Below are positions 9,666 through 19,439 of a stretch of DNA of 64,000 nucleotides, piece after piece. Below the pieces are notes generated by a model, which saw only the letters and a list, made by a program, of their open reading frames with translations, did no database searches and had not been told where the DNA came from. A program made the translations under genes and the position numbers. The DNA is from Thermoplasmatota archaeon (GTDB lineage Archaea > Thermoplasmatota > E2 > JACPAO01 > JAHFTW01). The stretch is taken from positions 21,112 through 85,111 of the forward strand of contig JBFIHX010000010.1 in NCBI GenBank assembly GCA_041601615.1, written 5' to 3'. The stretch's first letter is position 1. Every line of letters starts with the position of its first letter.

Positions 9666-10526
9666 ATGTCGAACCCCATTCAGACGCCGGCAATTAGCGA
9701 GGACTGGGAGCCGACCGAGGAAGATTTCAAGCATCCCTTTAAAGTACCAAAGGGTTGGAAATTAGAACACATACGAACTGTTCTTCAGGAAGTTCGGAGT
9801 CAAGCGATTGAGAAATGGCAGAAAATTGTAGATTTAAAGGAAGATGGCAACCATCATGTTTTAATGGAAACCCTGGCGCGCGAAGGTGTACCTCCGGGCG
9901 AAGCCGCCCTTGTAACTGATGACTCCCAAAGTGCCAATGTGGGTGCTTGTACTCCTGTTGTTAGCTCACAAGCATTGCCACACTCTAGAGCTTCACAGCA
10001 GGCCTTCGACGGATTTCTGCGGCATATAGAAGACGAAATTTCAGAGTTGCGTGAGGGCCTTGACGACGACAATCGCTGGATTGGATTATTGGCAGCTCGG
10101 GAGGCCGTGCTGATAGCCGATTTACATCGAGGTCCTGCGGAGGAGGGTCTAGGAAAATTTGCAGGAGGTACTGCGAAAGTACTTATTTCGTTGGCTGCCG
10201 CTACTGTTGCCGCCATGGCTAGCGTAACGCTATCTGCGAGGGTTTTCGATCCGAATATCATCCAGGGCGCTAAGTCTGCGATCCTCGCGAGCGGCATATC
10301 CGCCACGCTAGCGCTGGCGTCAACTGTACCCGAAACAGTCCGTCTGGTAATTCAGCGATTTAAGGATGACGTCGAAATAGATTGGATTCGATCGAGTTGG
10401 TTGATGACGTGGGGAATTGCCATGTTTTTGATTGTGTGTTCCGCAGGGGCGTTAGCCGTAGCCTTAAGCGACGCAATCGAGGTAGCGCGAGGAGTTTTCG
10501 AGGCAGGCATAAAACAAGCTAGTTAG
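9666..10526 (+). CDS. Hypothetical membrane protein, lower GC than flanks
   Basis: Long ORF with three C-terminal hydrophobic segments and atypical codon usage; start uncertain. Confidence 0.6.
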   Translation: MSNPIQTPAISEDWEPTEEDFKHPFKVPKGWKLEHIRTVLQEVRSQAIEKWQKIVDLKEDGNHHVLMETLAREGVPPGEAALVTDDSQSANVGACTPVVSSQALPHSRASQQAFDGFLRHIEDEISELREGLDDDNRWIGLLAAREAVLIADLHRGPAEEGLGKFAGGTAKVLISLAAATVAAMASVTLSARVFDPNIIQGAKSAILASGISATLALASTVPETVRLVIQRFKDDVEIDWIRSSWLMTWGIAMFLIVCSAGALAVALSDAIEVARGVFEAGIKQAS

Positions 10527-10647
10527 GTTCCAGCCGAGGTTTACCAACGATGAATCCCATTTATTCAAGTTCTCCCCATTCCCTAAGGTCGCTGACACTG
10601 AATAGTCATTTTTCCTCCCAACGAAAGCGTCTAGGAAAGCCCCAGGT

Positions 10648-10950
10648 TGCCTTCGGCACTCGGCTCGCTCCGGCATTTCAAAAACCACCTTCCCTCGCGG
10701 CCGCTCGCTTGGCGGCATTTGAAATGCACTCGCTGGCCGCGCAAGTTACACTTTGGAGAAACCTCCAGGCTTCTTCAATTCACTCACTGGCCGCACAAGC
10801 GCGGCCCGCTCGGCACTGAACAAACTTCCTCTGTCGCTGACGCTCCCTCGTCAGCTTGTTCAGTGCAGTCGCTGGCCATGCTCCTTCGTCGCATGGCCCG
10901 CTCCGCATCCAAAAAACCTCCCTCATTCGCTGACGCTCATTCGGTCAGCT
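10648..10950. repeat. Cluster of REP-like palindromic/hairpin modules downstream of tRNA-Gly
   Basis: CACTC[GA]CTGGCCGC[GA]CAAG twice (10727, 10781); GCTGACGCTC...GTCAGC twice (10836, 10929); nested inverted repeats GCACTGAACAA/TTGTTCAGTGC and GCATTTCAAA/TTTGAAATGC. Confidence 0.7.
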
Positions 10951-10957
10951 TTTTGTA

Positions 10958-11028
10958 TGCAGGATACGGGATTTGAACCCGTGCTATTAGCTTGGAAGGC
11001 TAAAGTCATACCCCTAGACCAATCCTGC
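10958..11028 (-). tRNA. tRNA-Gly (TCC)
   Basis: GCAGGATTGGTCTAGGGGTATGACTTTAGCCTTCCAAGCTAATAGCACGGGTTCAAATCCCGTATCCTGCA: cloverleaf, anticodon loop CTTCCAA, GTTCAAAT T-loop, no encoded CCA. Confidence 0.95.
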
Positions 11029-11102
11029 GTGTGGTGCGAATGCCCGGCGACAGGTCGGACACCCGTCGCTATCGCCGCCGACCCCGCCCCCCTTCTTAAC
11101 CG

Positions 11103-12185
11103 CTACACATCCCAGCGCGCCACGCGAAATGCGTGTCCCATGGCGGCAGGGAGGAGCATTTGCCGCAGTCGCAGGTAGGCGCTGGCGCCTTCGACGGTGT
11201 TGCGGTCGATGGCGTTGAGGGCTTCGAGCACATTGTGTCGCATCAGGAATGCCTCTTGGGATTCCTCGAACGCGAGCCGCAGCCCCGCGGCGTCGGCCCA
11301 GGCTCGGATTTGGGCAAAATCGACGCTCGCTGTGATGTCCTTGTGTCCTGGTTCCATCCATGCGGGCCCCGCGTCTTGGTGCCGGGCGAATGTGCGCACG
11401 GTGCCGTCGGGGTCGCGCCGCCAGACTTGGTTTCCACCGTAGTCGATGACGAGCACGGCGCCGGACGCGAGGTTTTGCTGGATGGTTTCGAGCCAGGCCT
11501 TTGCTTCGTGCATGATGGCAACACGCGATCCGGCCGGGGCCAACACGGGAGCCATTGCTGCTACTTCGGGCGGGCAGGGGCCGGATTCGAGGGCAAAATC
11601 GTTGCCATCCAGCCCCACATGCAGGGCCGTCCATTCAGTTTCGATGCGTTCGAGCCACCAGAACGGCAGAGCGTCTAGAAATTCGTGGGCGACGATGAAG
11701 CCGACGGCACCGGCGGGGAGCGATTCCAACCACTGGATGCGAGCGTCGGCGCCGCTTGCTTGAGCTTCTCGGTGTGTGGGGCTGCGCTCGATGTGGTTCC
11801 AAGCGATGCGTCCTGCAAGTTCGGGGTGCTCCGCGTCGAGATGCGCCAGGGCATCGCGGGCAAGATCGCCTTCGCCGCCACCAAATTCATAGACGGCAAA
11901 ATCGGCGGGCGCGCCGAGGCGGCGCCACGTTTCTACGGCCTCTTCGGCGATACAACGGGCAAGAAACGGATGCAGCGTCGGACTCGTGGCAAAATCCGCG
12001 TCTGCCCCAGGGCCGGTCTTGCGCCCAGGTCGCGTGTAATAGCCCTCGCCTGGATCGTACAGGGCCGCCTCCATCCACGCGGGCCAGGGCATGGCGCCGT
12101 CCGTCTCGATGCGTTTGCGCAGTCGGTCGGCAAGAGCCACGAACCGCCCAGACCGGCGCGGCGCTTGGGGGTTTCGACCGCCCAT
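11103..12185 (-). CDS. SAM-dependent methyltransferase, MidA/NDUFAF7 family
   Basis: WMEAALYDPGEGYY, DFATSP, YEFGGGEG, AHEFLDALP, IDYG, DITASVDF, QEAFL, MGHAFRV: the full MidA motif series. Start could be 12209. Confidence 0.9.
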   Translation of the reverse strand: MGGRNPQAPRRSGRFVALADRLRKRIETDGAMPWPAWMEAALYDPGEGYYTRPGRKTGPGADADFATSPTLHPFLARCIAEEAVETWRRLGAPADFAVYEFGGGEGDLARDALAHLDAEHPELAGRIAWNHIERSPTHREAQASGADARIQWLESLPAGAVGFIVAHEFLDALPFWWLERIETEWTALHVGLDGNDFALESGPCPPEVAAMAPVLAPAGSRVAIMHEAKAWLETIQQNLASGAVLVIDYGGNQVWRRDPDGTVRTFARHQDAGPAWMEPGHKDITASVDFAQIRAWADAAGLRLAFEESQEAFLMRHNVLEALNAIDRNTVEGASAYLRLRQMLLPAAMGHAFRVARWDV

Positions 12186-12268
12186 CACTGCACCGGAAAC
12201 ACCCCTCACGCCATGACAACGGTCATAAGCTACCCCTCTTTGGGCGAACCTGGACCTGGGGTTTATAT

Positions 12269-12649
12269 ATGGTGTCCGTCGCTTCGGAATACGTCCCCTT
12301 GGCCATCTTGGGCGGGGTTTCCCTCCTGTTGGTCTTTGTGACTCTGCTCGGGAACAAATTCATGGCGCCGCAGCGCGCCAGTGTCACGAAACTTACCAAC
12401 TACGAGTGTGGTGAGAAGGCAACGCCGGGCGCTCGCGGCCCGATTGATGTACAGTACTACATGTACATCCTGACGTTCCTCATCTTCGACGTGGAGGCGA
12501 TGTTCCTCATTCCCTTCGCCCTTCGCTTCAACTCAGGAATCATCGGAACCGCCGGCATCCTCGCCATGGCGTTCTTTGTGACCCTGATTCTCGTGGGCTA
12601 CGTCTACGAACTGCGCAAGAAACTGCTTTCCTGGAGAGCCCTCGAATGA
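12269..12649 (+). CDS. nuoA: Complex I-like oxidoreductase subunit A
   Basis: [19 protein letters not shown], three TM helices. Confidence 0.93.
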   Translation: MVSVASEYVPLAILGGVSLLLVFVTLLGNKFMAPQRASVTKLTNYECGEKATPGARGPIDVQYYMYILTFLIFDVEAMFLIPFALRFNSGIIGTAGILAMAFFVTLILVGYVYELRKKLLSWRALE

Positions 12650-13227
12650 CCGCAGAACCAGCCGCTACGCCCGCCGCCGAGGCCGCCATGGAAACCTTTG
12701 ATCCGGCCACGGACGACCCCAAGGCACTCAAAATCCCCATCGTCGTGGAAGAGCAAAAGGACGGCCTCGTGCTGACCGTGCTCTCCAAGGCCATCAACTG
12801 GGGCCGCAGCAACTCGCTCTGGCCCTTCGGCTTCGGCCTTGCCTGCTGTGCCATTGAAATGATCAGCACGCTCGCAAGCCCACAGCACGACATGAGCCGC
12901 TTTGGCTCTGAAGTAATGCGCGCAAGCCCCCGCCAATGCGACCTCATTATTGTGCCCGGCACCGTCACCAAGAAAATGGCGCCGCGCATCAAGAATCTCT
13001 ACGAGCAAATGGCGGAACCGAAGTACGTCATCGCCATGGGCGCCTGCGCCATCAACGGCGGCCCCTACCAAGACTCCTACTTCGTCGTCAAAGGTGTCGA
13101 CAAGATCATTCCCGTCGACGTGTATATTCCCGGCTGCCCGCCTCGCCCCGAGGCACTCATGGACGGCCTCCAAAAGCTGCAACAGAAAATCCGCGACCAG
13201 AACAACACCCTGGAGCTTGGTTTCTAA
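12646..13227 (+). CDS. nuoB: Complex I-like subunit B (N2 cluster)
   Basis: [33 protein letters not shown]. Confidence 0.96.
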   Translation: MTAEPAATPAAEAAMETFDPATDDPKALKIPIVVEEQKDGLVLTVLSKAINWGRSNSLWPFGFGLACCAIEMISTLASPQHDMSRFGSEVMRASPRQCDLIIVPGTVTKKMAPRIKNLYEQMAEPKYVIAMGACAINGGPYQDSYFVVKGVDKIIPVDVYIPGCPPRPEALMDGLQKLQQKIRDQNNTLELGF

Positions 13228-13781
13228 TGGCCGAAGAAGCCCCTGTCCAGACCCTGGCGCCCACGGGCGACCACGCCCTCATTGCCGCAAAATTCCCCGA
13301 CGCTGTCACCGGATTCGCAGTCCTTGAAGACGGCCACGGAATTACGGAAGTCGCCCCCGACGGCCTCTTCGTCGTCGCCACCGCCGCCAAGCGCCTCGGC
13401 TACCGCATTCTCAGCTGCCTCTCGGCGTACGACACCAAAAAGCAAGGCAGCGGCGTCTTCTACGCCTTCCTCAAACCGGCCGCCTACCCCGACGAGTTTG
13501 CCGAACTGCGCCTGCGCGTCCCCCTCACCTTTGAGGAAGGACAAAACCCGCAAGTGCAGAGCCTCGTGGACGTGTACCCCGCCGCCGGCTGGCACGAACG
13601 CGAAATGTGGGACATGTACGGAGTCAAGTTCGAGGGCAACCCCGACTTGCGCCGCATGTTCCTGCCCGACGATTGGCACGGCTACCCCATGCGCCTCGAC
13701 TACAAGGAGGCCGAACAGTTCGTCGCCATGGTCGACGGCGAAGACGTCACCTTCCAAACACAGGAGGAGGGATCCTGGTGA
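13227..13781 (+). CDS. nuoC: Complex I-like subunit C
   Basis: WHEREMWDMYGVKFEGNPDLRRMFLPDDWHGYPMRLDY. Confidence 0.94.
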   Translation: MAEEAPVQTLAPTGDHALIAAKFPDAVTGFAVLEDGHGITEVAPDGLFVVATAAKRLGYRILSCLSAYDTKKQGSGVFYAFLKPAAYPDEFAELRLRVPLTFEEGQNPQVQSLVDVYPAAGWHEREMWDMYGVKFEGNPDLRRMFLPDDWHGYPMRLDYKEAEQFVAMVDGEDVTFQTQEEGSW

Positions 13782-14992
13782 GCACCCCCATCAACTACGC
13801 AGCCCAAGTGCCCCCCACCTTCGATGCGCCCAGCATCGTTGGCATGCACAAAGTGGATGACCGCCACCTCATGGAGCTCAACATGGGCCCCCAGCACCCG
13901 TCCACGCACGGCGTGCTGCGCCTGAAGCTCCTCCTCGACGGTGAAATCGTCGAATCAGTCGAACCGGTCATTGGCTACCTCCACCGAGGCAGCGAAAAAC
14001 TGGCCGAGGGCATGAACTGGGTCAAATTCATCCCGCTTACGGACCGCATGGACTACTTGTCCGCCATGAACAACAACCACGGCTACGTCTTGGCCGTGGA
14101 GGAACTTCTTGGAGGCCCCGCCCAGAACATCGTCTCCGAGCGCGGCGAACACCTGCGCGTCTTTGCGGCAGAACTCAGCCGCCTTGCCAGCCACTTGTTG
14201 TGGATGGGCACCTTCTTCCTGGACCTTGGCGCCATCACGCCCGTCTTCTACGCCCTGCGCGAACGTGAGATGATCCTCGGGTTCCTCGAAGAACTGTGCG
14301 GCGCGCGCCTCACGTTCAACTACATGCGCTTTGGCGGCGTCAAGTACGACCTGCCCGAAGACAGCACCTACCTCGACCGCGTCATGGACTTCGTCAAGGC
14401 GGTTCCGGCCCAGGTCCAAGAGTACGAAACGCTGCTCAAAAAGAACGACATCATCGTCGCTCGCCTCAACGGCACCGGCCCCCTCACCCGAGACCAAGCG
14501 CTCGACTGGGGTGTCACCGGCCCAATGCTCCGCGCCACCGGCATCGCGCACGACCTGCGCAAAATCGCACCGTACAGCATCTACAAGGACCTCAACTTCG
14601 GCATCCCGACGACCACGCAGAGCGACTGCTACGGTCGCCTGATGATTCGCTGGGCAGAAATGGTCCAGACCGCCAAGATTCTGCAACAAGTCATCGAGCG
14701 CCTGCAAAACCGCAACCTCGACGGCCTGCACCTCAACCCCGCCTACGCTGGCGGCAAGATCCTGCGCGTCAAAGCCAAGGGAGAAGCCTACGCCCGCATC
14801 GAGCAACCGAAGGGAGAATACGGCTGCCACGTCATCGGCGACGGCGGCCTCAAACCTGCCCGCGTCCACGTCCGGGCCCCCTCGTTTGCCAACCTACAGG
14901 TCCTGCCGCTCATGGCACGGGGCCAGAAAATCGCCGACCTGATCGCAACATTGGGTTCCATCGACATCGTTCTGGGAGACGTAGACCGTTAG
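13778..14992 (+). CDS. nuoD: Complex I-like subunit D (49 kDa)
   Basis: NMGPQHPSTHGVLRL, GYLHRGSEK, DIVLGDVDR; GGAGG SD before GTG. Confidence 0.96.
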   Translation: MSTPINYAAQVPPTFDAPSIVGMHKVDDRHLMELNMGPQHPSTHGVLRLKLLLDGEIVESVEPVIGYLHRGSEKLAEGMNWVKFIPLTDRMDYLSAMNNNHGYVLAVEELLGGPAQNIVSERGEHLRVFAAELSRLASHLLWMGTFFLDLGAITPVFYALREREMILGFLEELCGARLTFNYMRFGGVKYDLPEDSTYLDRVMDFVKAVPAQVQEYETLLKKNDIIVARLNGTGPLTRDQALDWGVTGPMLRATGIAHDLRKIAPYSIYKDLNFGIPTTTQSDCYGRLMIRWAEMVQTAKILQQVIERLQNRNLDGLHLNPAYAGGKILRVKAKGEAYARIEQPKGEYGCHVIGDGGLKPARVHVRAPSFANLQVLPLMARGQKIADLIATLGSIDIVLGDVDR

Positions 14993-15002
14993 GAGGACTT
15001 TC

Positions 15003-16055
15003 ATGGGTACGCTCACCGACTTCATCAACAGCACCATCCCCGGCACCCCCGGTTGGGTGGACAGCACCATCGCGGCACTCATTGGGAGCCTCGTGGTTTT
15101 CACCGTCGTCCTCTCCATTGGCGGCTTGTTCACCTTCGCGTTTCGCAAAATCTTTGCACGCATGGGTCGCCGCGTCGGCCCCGACCGCGTCGGACCCGGC
15201 GGCATCGCGCAATTCCTGGCCGACGGCATCAAGCTGATCTCCAAGGAAGACATTCGTCCGGCAAATGCCGACCGCCTCGCATGGGGCCTCGCAGTCTACA
15301 TCGCCGTCGCCTTCACCGTGCTCGCCTGGGCGCCCCTTCCCTGGGGCGAGAAGGTGTTCTTCAGCAACGTCGGCACCGGCATCCTGTTCATCCTCGCCGC
15401 AAGCGCCATCGCGCCACTGGCCGAAATCATGGCCGGCTGGGGCAGCAACAACAAGTACAGCCTGTACGGCGGTGTGCGCGCCGCAGCCCTAGATGTTAGC
15501 TACGAAATTCCCCTGATTTTCGCCGTCGCCTCCGTCCTACTCATGGTCGGAACACTGGACACCCAGAGCATCGTCACAAGCCAACGCGGCTTGTGGTTCA
15601 TCGTCCCGCAAATTGTCGGCTTCTTCATCTTCTTCGTCACGGGTCTTGCCAAGGCCGGTCTCGTCCCCACGGACCTGGCTGAGTCAGAGTCCGAACTCGT
15701 AGCCGGATACACGACCGAATTCTCGGGCATGCGCTTCGGGTTCTTCTTCGTCGTCATCTTCAGCAACGTCTTCTTCCTCAGTGCACTCATCACGATGCTG
15801 TACCTGGGCGGATGGCAAGCACCCTTCGTGACCCTCGCCCCCATCCTCGGAACCTTCCTTGGACCCATCACCGGAATCTTCTGGTTCCTCGCCAAATCGC
15901 TCGTGATGTGCTTCATTGTGTTCTGGGTCTGGACCACTCTCCCCCGTGTCCGCGTGGACACATACCTCAACGTTGCGTGGAAAGTCATGCTCCCAATCAG
16001 CATCCTGAACTTCGTATTCACGGCCGTCCTCGTCAAACTCGGGGTGGTGGGCTAA
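15003..16055 (+). CDS. nuoH: Complex I-like subunit H
   Basis: RRVGPDRVGP, ADGIKLISKE, DLAESESELVAGYTTEFSG, LPRVRVD. Confidence 0.95.
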   Translation: MGTLTDFINSTIPGTPGWVDSTIAALIGSLVVFTVVLSIGGLFTFAFRKIFARMGRRVGPDRVGPGGIAQFLADGIKLISKEDIRPANADRLAWGLAVYIAVAFTVLAWAPLPWGEKVFFSNVGTGILFILAASAIAPLAEIMAGWGSNNKYSLYGGVRAAALDVSYEIPLIFAVASVLLMVGTLDTQSIVTSQRGLWFIVPQIVGFFIFFVTGLAKAGLVPTDLAESESELVAGYTTEFSGMRFGFFFVVIFSNVFFLSALITMLYLGGWQAPFVTLAPILGTFLGPITGIFWFLAKSLVMCFIVFWVWTTLPRVRVDTYLNVAWKVMLPISILNFVFTAVLVKLGVVG

Positions 16056-16484
16056 ATGAAAGTCCCCATCGCACCGATTCTACAAGGCATGGGTGTCACC
16101 CTCTCCAACTTCGTCAAAAAGCCTGTGACGGTGTCCTACCCCGAGCAGAAGCAAGCCGTAAGCGACCGCTTCCGAGGCCGCATCTACCTCAAGCTCGAAA
16201 CCTGCATCGGCTGCACCCTCTGCGCCCAAGCATGCCCCAACGGCTCGTGTTACATGGTCGACTACGACCCCGGCTTCGAGACCCCTCAAAACAAGCGCCA
16301 GAAGTTCCCCGCCGTGGAAATTTCCAAGTGCATGTACTGCAGCCTCTGCGAAGAGGCCTGTCCAACCGATTCCATTCGCATGGGCAAGGAATACGAAACC
16401 GGTGCCTACGTGCGTGACTTCGACTACAAACCCGACCGCCTCAGCCAAAACGAGGCCGCACTTGGACGGGGGCCGTACAAATGA
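16056..16484 (+). CDS. nuoI: Complex I-like subunit I (2x[4Fe-4S])
   Basis: CIGCTLCAQACP and CMYCSLCEEACP. Confidence 0.95.
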   Translation: MKVPIAPILQGMGVTLSNFVKKPVTVSYPEQKQAVSDRFRGRIYLKLETCIGCTLCAQACPNGSCYMVDYDPGFETPQNKRQKFPAVEISKCMYCSLCEEACPTDSIRMGKEYETGAYVRDFDYKPDRLSQNEAALGRGPYK

Positions 16485-16744
16485 TTGGAGAAATCGTCTC
16501 CTTCGCCTTGATCGCCGCCCTCACCTTGGCCGGCGGTCTCTTTGCCGTCACCGCCCAGCGCACTTTCCACAGCGTCATGGGCCTCGGCCTCGCGCTGGTC
16601 GGTGTGGCCGCCATGTTCATCCAAATGGGCAGTCCGCTCTTGGGCATCATCCAGGTGCTCGTCTACGTGGGCGGCATCCTGACTCTGTTCGTCTTCGCAG
16701 TCATGTTTGTGGCCGGCGATGAAGACCGGGAGGTGCTTTCATGA
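16481..16744 (+). CDS. nuoJ: Complex I-like subunit J, N-terminal part (J1)
   Basis: QVLVYVGGILTLFVFAVM. Confidence 0.9.
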   Translation: MIGEIVSFALIAALTLAGGLFAVTAQRTFHSVMGLGLALVGVAAMFIQMGSPLLGIIQVLVYVGGILTLFVFAVMFVAGDEDREVLS

Positions 16745-17127
16745 ACAAGCTCGTGGCTGCCGCCGTCGCCTTCGTGGCCTTCGGCGCCATTGCCTACGCC
16801 GTGAGCGCCACCGACCCGTGGCAAAAAGACGGAGCCGGTGGCGCCGAGGACATCGACGCCATCGTCACCGACCTCTTCACCGACCACGTCATCGCGTTCG
16901 AAGTGCTCGGCATCCTGCTCACCGCCGCCATGATTGGCGCCCTAGTCATTGCCCGCCCCCTCACCGGCGGCCTCGACAGCGCCCACTACCCCAAGGGCAA
17001 AGACATGGCCAAAACCCAAGCCGTCAGCGACGTGGCCGCAACCTACGCTGCCCCCGCACGCATGAGCGAATTGCTTGGAGCGCCGCAAACCCTTGACGAT
17101 GTGGCCAGCACCCAGGAGGAAGAATAG
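16741..17127 (+). CDS. nuoJ: Complex I-like subunit J, C-terminal part (J2)
   Basis: LFTDHVIAFEVLGILLTAAMIGALVIAR; split J is typical of archaea. Confidence 0.88.
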   Translation: MNKLVAAAVAFVAFGAIAYAVSATDPWQKDGAGGAEDIDAIVTDLFTDHVIAFEVLGILLTAAMIGALVIARPLTGGLDSAHYPKGKDMAKTQAVSDVAATYAAPARMSELLGAPQTLDDVASTQEEE

Positions 17128-17430
17128 ATGCTACCCGTTAGCTACTACGTCACCTTCGCAGCTGCCCTCCTGGCGCTCGGCCTCTACGGCCTCATGACCC
17201 AGAAGAGCGCCCTGCGCCTTCTCGTCAGCATCGAACTCATCCTGAACGCCGCGAACATCAACTTCGTCGCCTTCGCCAACCACCTAGGCCAGAGCGACGG
17301 GCTCACGTTCACCCTGTTCAGCATCGCACTCGCAGCGGCCGAAGCCGCCGTGGGTCTCAGCATCTTCCTGCATCTGTATCGGCACGTGCGCACCGTGGAC
17401 ACGGACGAAAGCACGGCCCTGAGGTGGTAA
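17128..17430 (+). CDS. nuoK: Complex I-like subunit K
   Basis: SIELILNAANINFVAF, AAAEAAVGL. Confidence 0.95.
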   Translation: MLPVSYYVTFAAALLALGLYGLMTQKSALRLLVSIELILNAANINFVAFANHLGQSDGLTFTLFSIALAAAEAAVGLSIFLHLYRHVRTVDTDESTALRW

Positions 17431-17431
17431 C

Positions 17432-19438
17432 ATGGCGACGACCGAACACGCAACCGGAATCACCCAAATCGCAGGCATGGACCTCACCGCCGCCATCCTC
17501 ATCGTTGCCCTGCCGCTCTTTGCAAGCCTCGGCATCTTCCTCTGGGGCAAATCCCAGTGGCGCGGCGGAGCCATGGCAGCCGTCGTGGCCGTCAGCGGCA
17601 GCCTCGTTGCCAGCCTCTACTTCTTCGTGCGCATGCTCGGCGGCGGCGAACCCGTCGGCTGGAGCGTCGAATGGTTCAGCATCGGCGCATACACATTCGA
17701 ATTCGGCTTCCTGCTGGACAACCTCAGCGTCTGGCTCGCCACGCTTGTCAGCCTGCTCTCGCTGCTCATCGTCGTCTTCTCGACGCACTACATGCACGAG
17801 GAACCCAACGAGAAACTGCGCCGATACTACGCCGTCAAGGCGCTCTTCATCACCGGTATGCTCGGCACTGTGTTGATGGACAACTACCTGATGATGTTCA
17901 TCTTCTGGGAGATCATGGGCCTGTGCTCGTACCTCCTGATTGGGTACTGGTACCACAAGGACAGCGCCGCCGTAGCCGCCAAGAAAGCGTTCCTCACCAC
18001 TCGCCTCGGAGACATCCTCTTGATGGTGGGCATCATCATTCTGCTCGTCACCTTCAAGACCCTCAACTACCGCGAACTCTGGGCCCACCCCGACTTCAAC
18101 AGCAGCAACCCGACCCTCTTCTGGGCCGCGCTGCTCATCTTCGGAGGCGCCGTGGGCAAATCCGCGCAATTCCCCCTCGACTTGTGGTTGCCCGACGCCA
18201 TGGAAGGCCCCACCACCGTCAGCGCTCTGATCCACGCCGCGACCATGGTCAAGGCCGGTGTCTTCCTTGTCGCCCGCAGCTTCCCGCTGTTCGTGCTCAA
18301 CCCCGACACCTTCGTCGTCATTGGTGTGGTGGGCGGATTCACTGCCCTCTACACGGCAAGCATGGCGCTCGTCGCCCTCGACATCAAGCGCGTCCTAGCG
18401 TTCTCGACCCTGTCTCAGCTCGGGTACATGTTCCTCGCGCTCGGCGCCGGCGGCCTCGTGTACGTCGAGCATGGAAACGGAATCGGATTCACCGCCGCAA
18501 TGCTGCACCTGATGAACCACGCCTTCTTCAAGGCCCTCCTGTTCTTGGGCAGCGCCTCCGTCATTCTCGGCATGCACCACCACCAGGACCTGCGAGACAT
18601 GGGCGGCCTTCGCCACAAAATGCCCAAGACCTACGCCACCATGATGGTCGGCACCCTCGCCATCGCGGGCATCATTCCGTTCAGCGGCTTCTGGTCCAAG
18701 GACGAAGTGCTCGCCACCGCCTACGAAGCGGGCGAAATCAACATCGCCTTCTCGCTGCTGTGGGTCATGGGCCTTCTGACGGCGCTCATGACCGCGTTCT
18801 ACATGTTCCGCATGATGTACCTCGCCTTCCACGGCAAGCCACGCACGGAGCACGCCGAGCACGCACACGAAAGCCCCAGCGTCATGACCATGCCACTGAT
18901 CATCCTGGCCGTGTTTGCCGCCATCGCAGGTCTCTGGCTCGTCACCCCCCTGGCAGGCGGCTTCGAGAACGTCATCACCTACCCCTACAGCCACGACCTA
19001 GGCGCGCACCACGCGATGGCACCCATGGACATTCTGGTGAAAATCATCCAGGAGCCCAAGACATACCTCAGCCTCGCCGTAGCAGTCACCGGCATCGTGC
19101 TTGCCAACAAGTACCGCGCCGGCCTGCCCGCCAAGGAGAAAGAAGTTCCCACCAAGGGCTTCCGCGCCGTGCTGTACAACCGATACCACGTCACCCAACT
19201 CGTCTACGAGCCCCTCGGAAACGTGTTCGCCCTCGGCATTGCAAAACTCAGCAGCTTCTTCGACCGCAAAGGCATCGACGGCGCCGTCAACGGATTCGCC
19301 AAAGCCGCATGGTGGGAAAGTGGCCGACTTCGCACTTGGCAAAACGGACGCATCAGCACCTACCTCACCAGCATGGTGATTGGTGCCACCATCCTCATCG
19401 CGCTCATGATCGCCCTCATCCCCTCCATCCGGTGGTAA
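17432..19438 (+). CDS. nuoL: Complex I-like subunit L
   Basis: GKSAQFPLDLWLPDAMEGPTTVSALIHAATMVKAG, HAFFKALLF. Confidence 0.96.
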   Translation: MATTEHATGITQIAGMDLTAAILIVALPLFASLGIFLWGKSQWRGGAMAAVVAVSGSLVASLYFFVRMLGGGEPVGWSVEWFSIGAYTFEFGFLLDNLSVWLATLVSLLSLLIVVFSTHYMHEEPNEKLRRYYAVKALFITGMLGTVLMDNYLMMFIFWEIMGLCSYLLIGYWYHKDSAAVAAKKAFLTTRLGDILLMVGIIILLVTFKTLNYRELWAHPDFNSSNPTLFWAALLIFGGAVGKSAQFPLDLWLPDAMEGPTTVSALIHAATMVKAGVFLVARSFPLFVLNPDTFVVIGVVGGFTALYTASMALVALDIKRVLAFSTLSQLGYMFLALGAGGLVYVEHGNGIGFTAAMLHLMNHAFFKALLFLGSASVILGMHHHQDLRDMGGLRHKMPKTYATMMVGTLAIAGIIPFSGFWSKDEVLATAYEAGEINIAFSLLWVMGLLTALMTAFYMFRMMYLAFHGKPRTEHAEHAHESPSVMTMPLIILAVFAAIAGLWLVTPLAGGFENVITYPYSHDLGAHHAMAPMDILVKIIQEPKTYLSLAVAVTGIVLANKYRAGLPAKEKEVPTKGFRAVLYNRYHVTQLVYEPLGNVFALGIAKLSSFFDRKGIDGAVNGFAKAAWWESGRLRTWQNGRISTYLTSMVIGATILIALMIALIPSIRW

Positions 19439-19439
19439 C

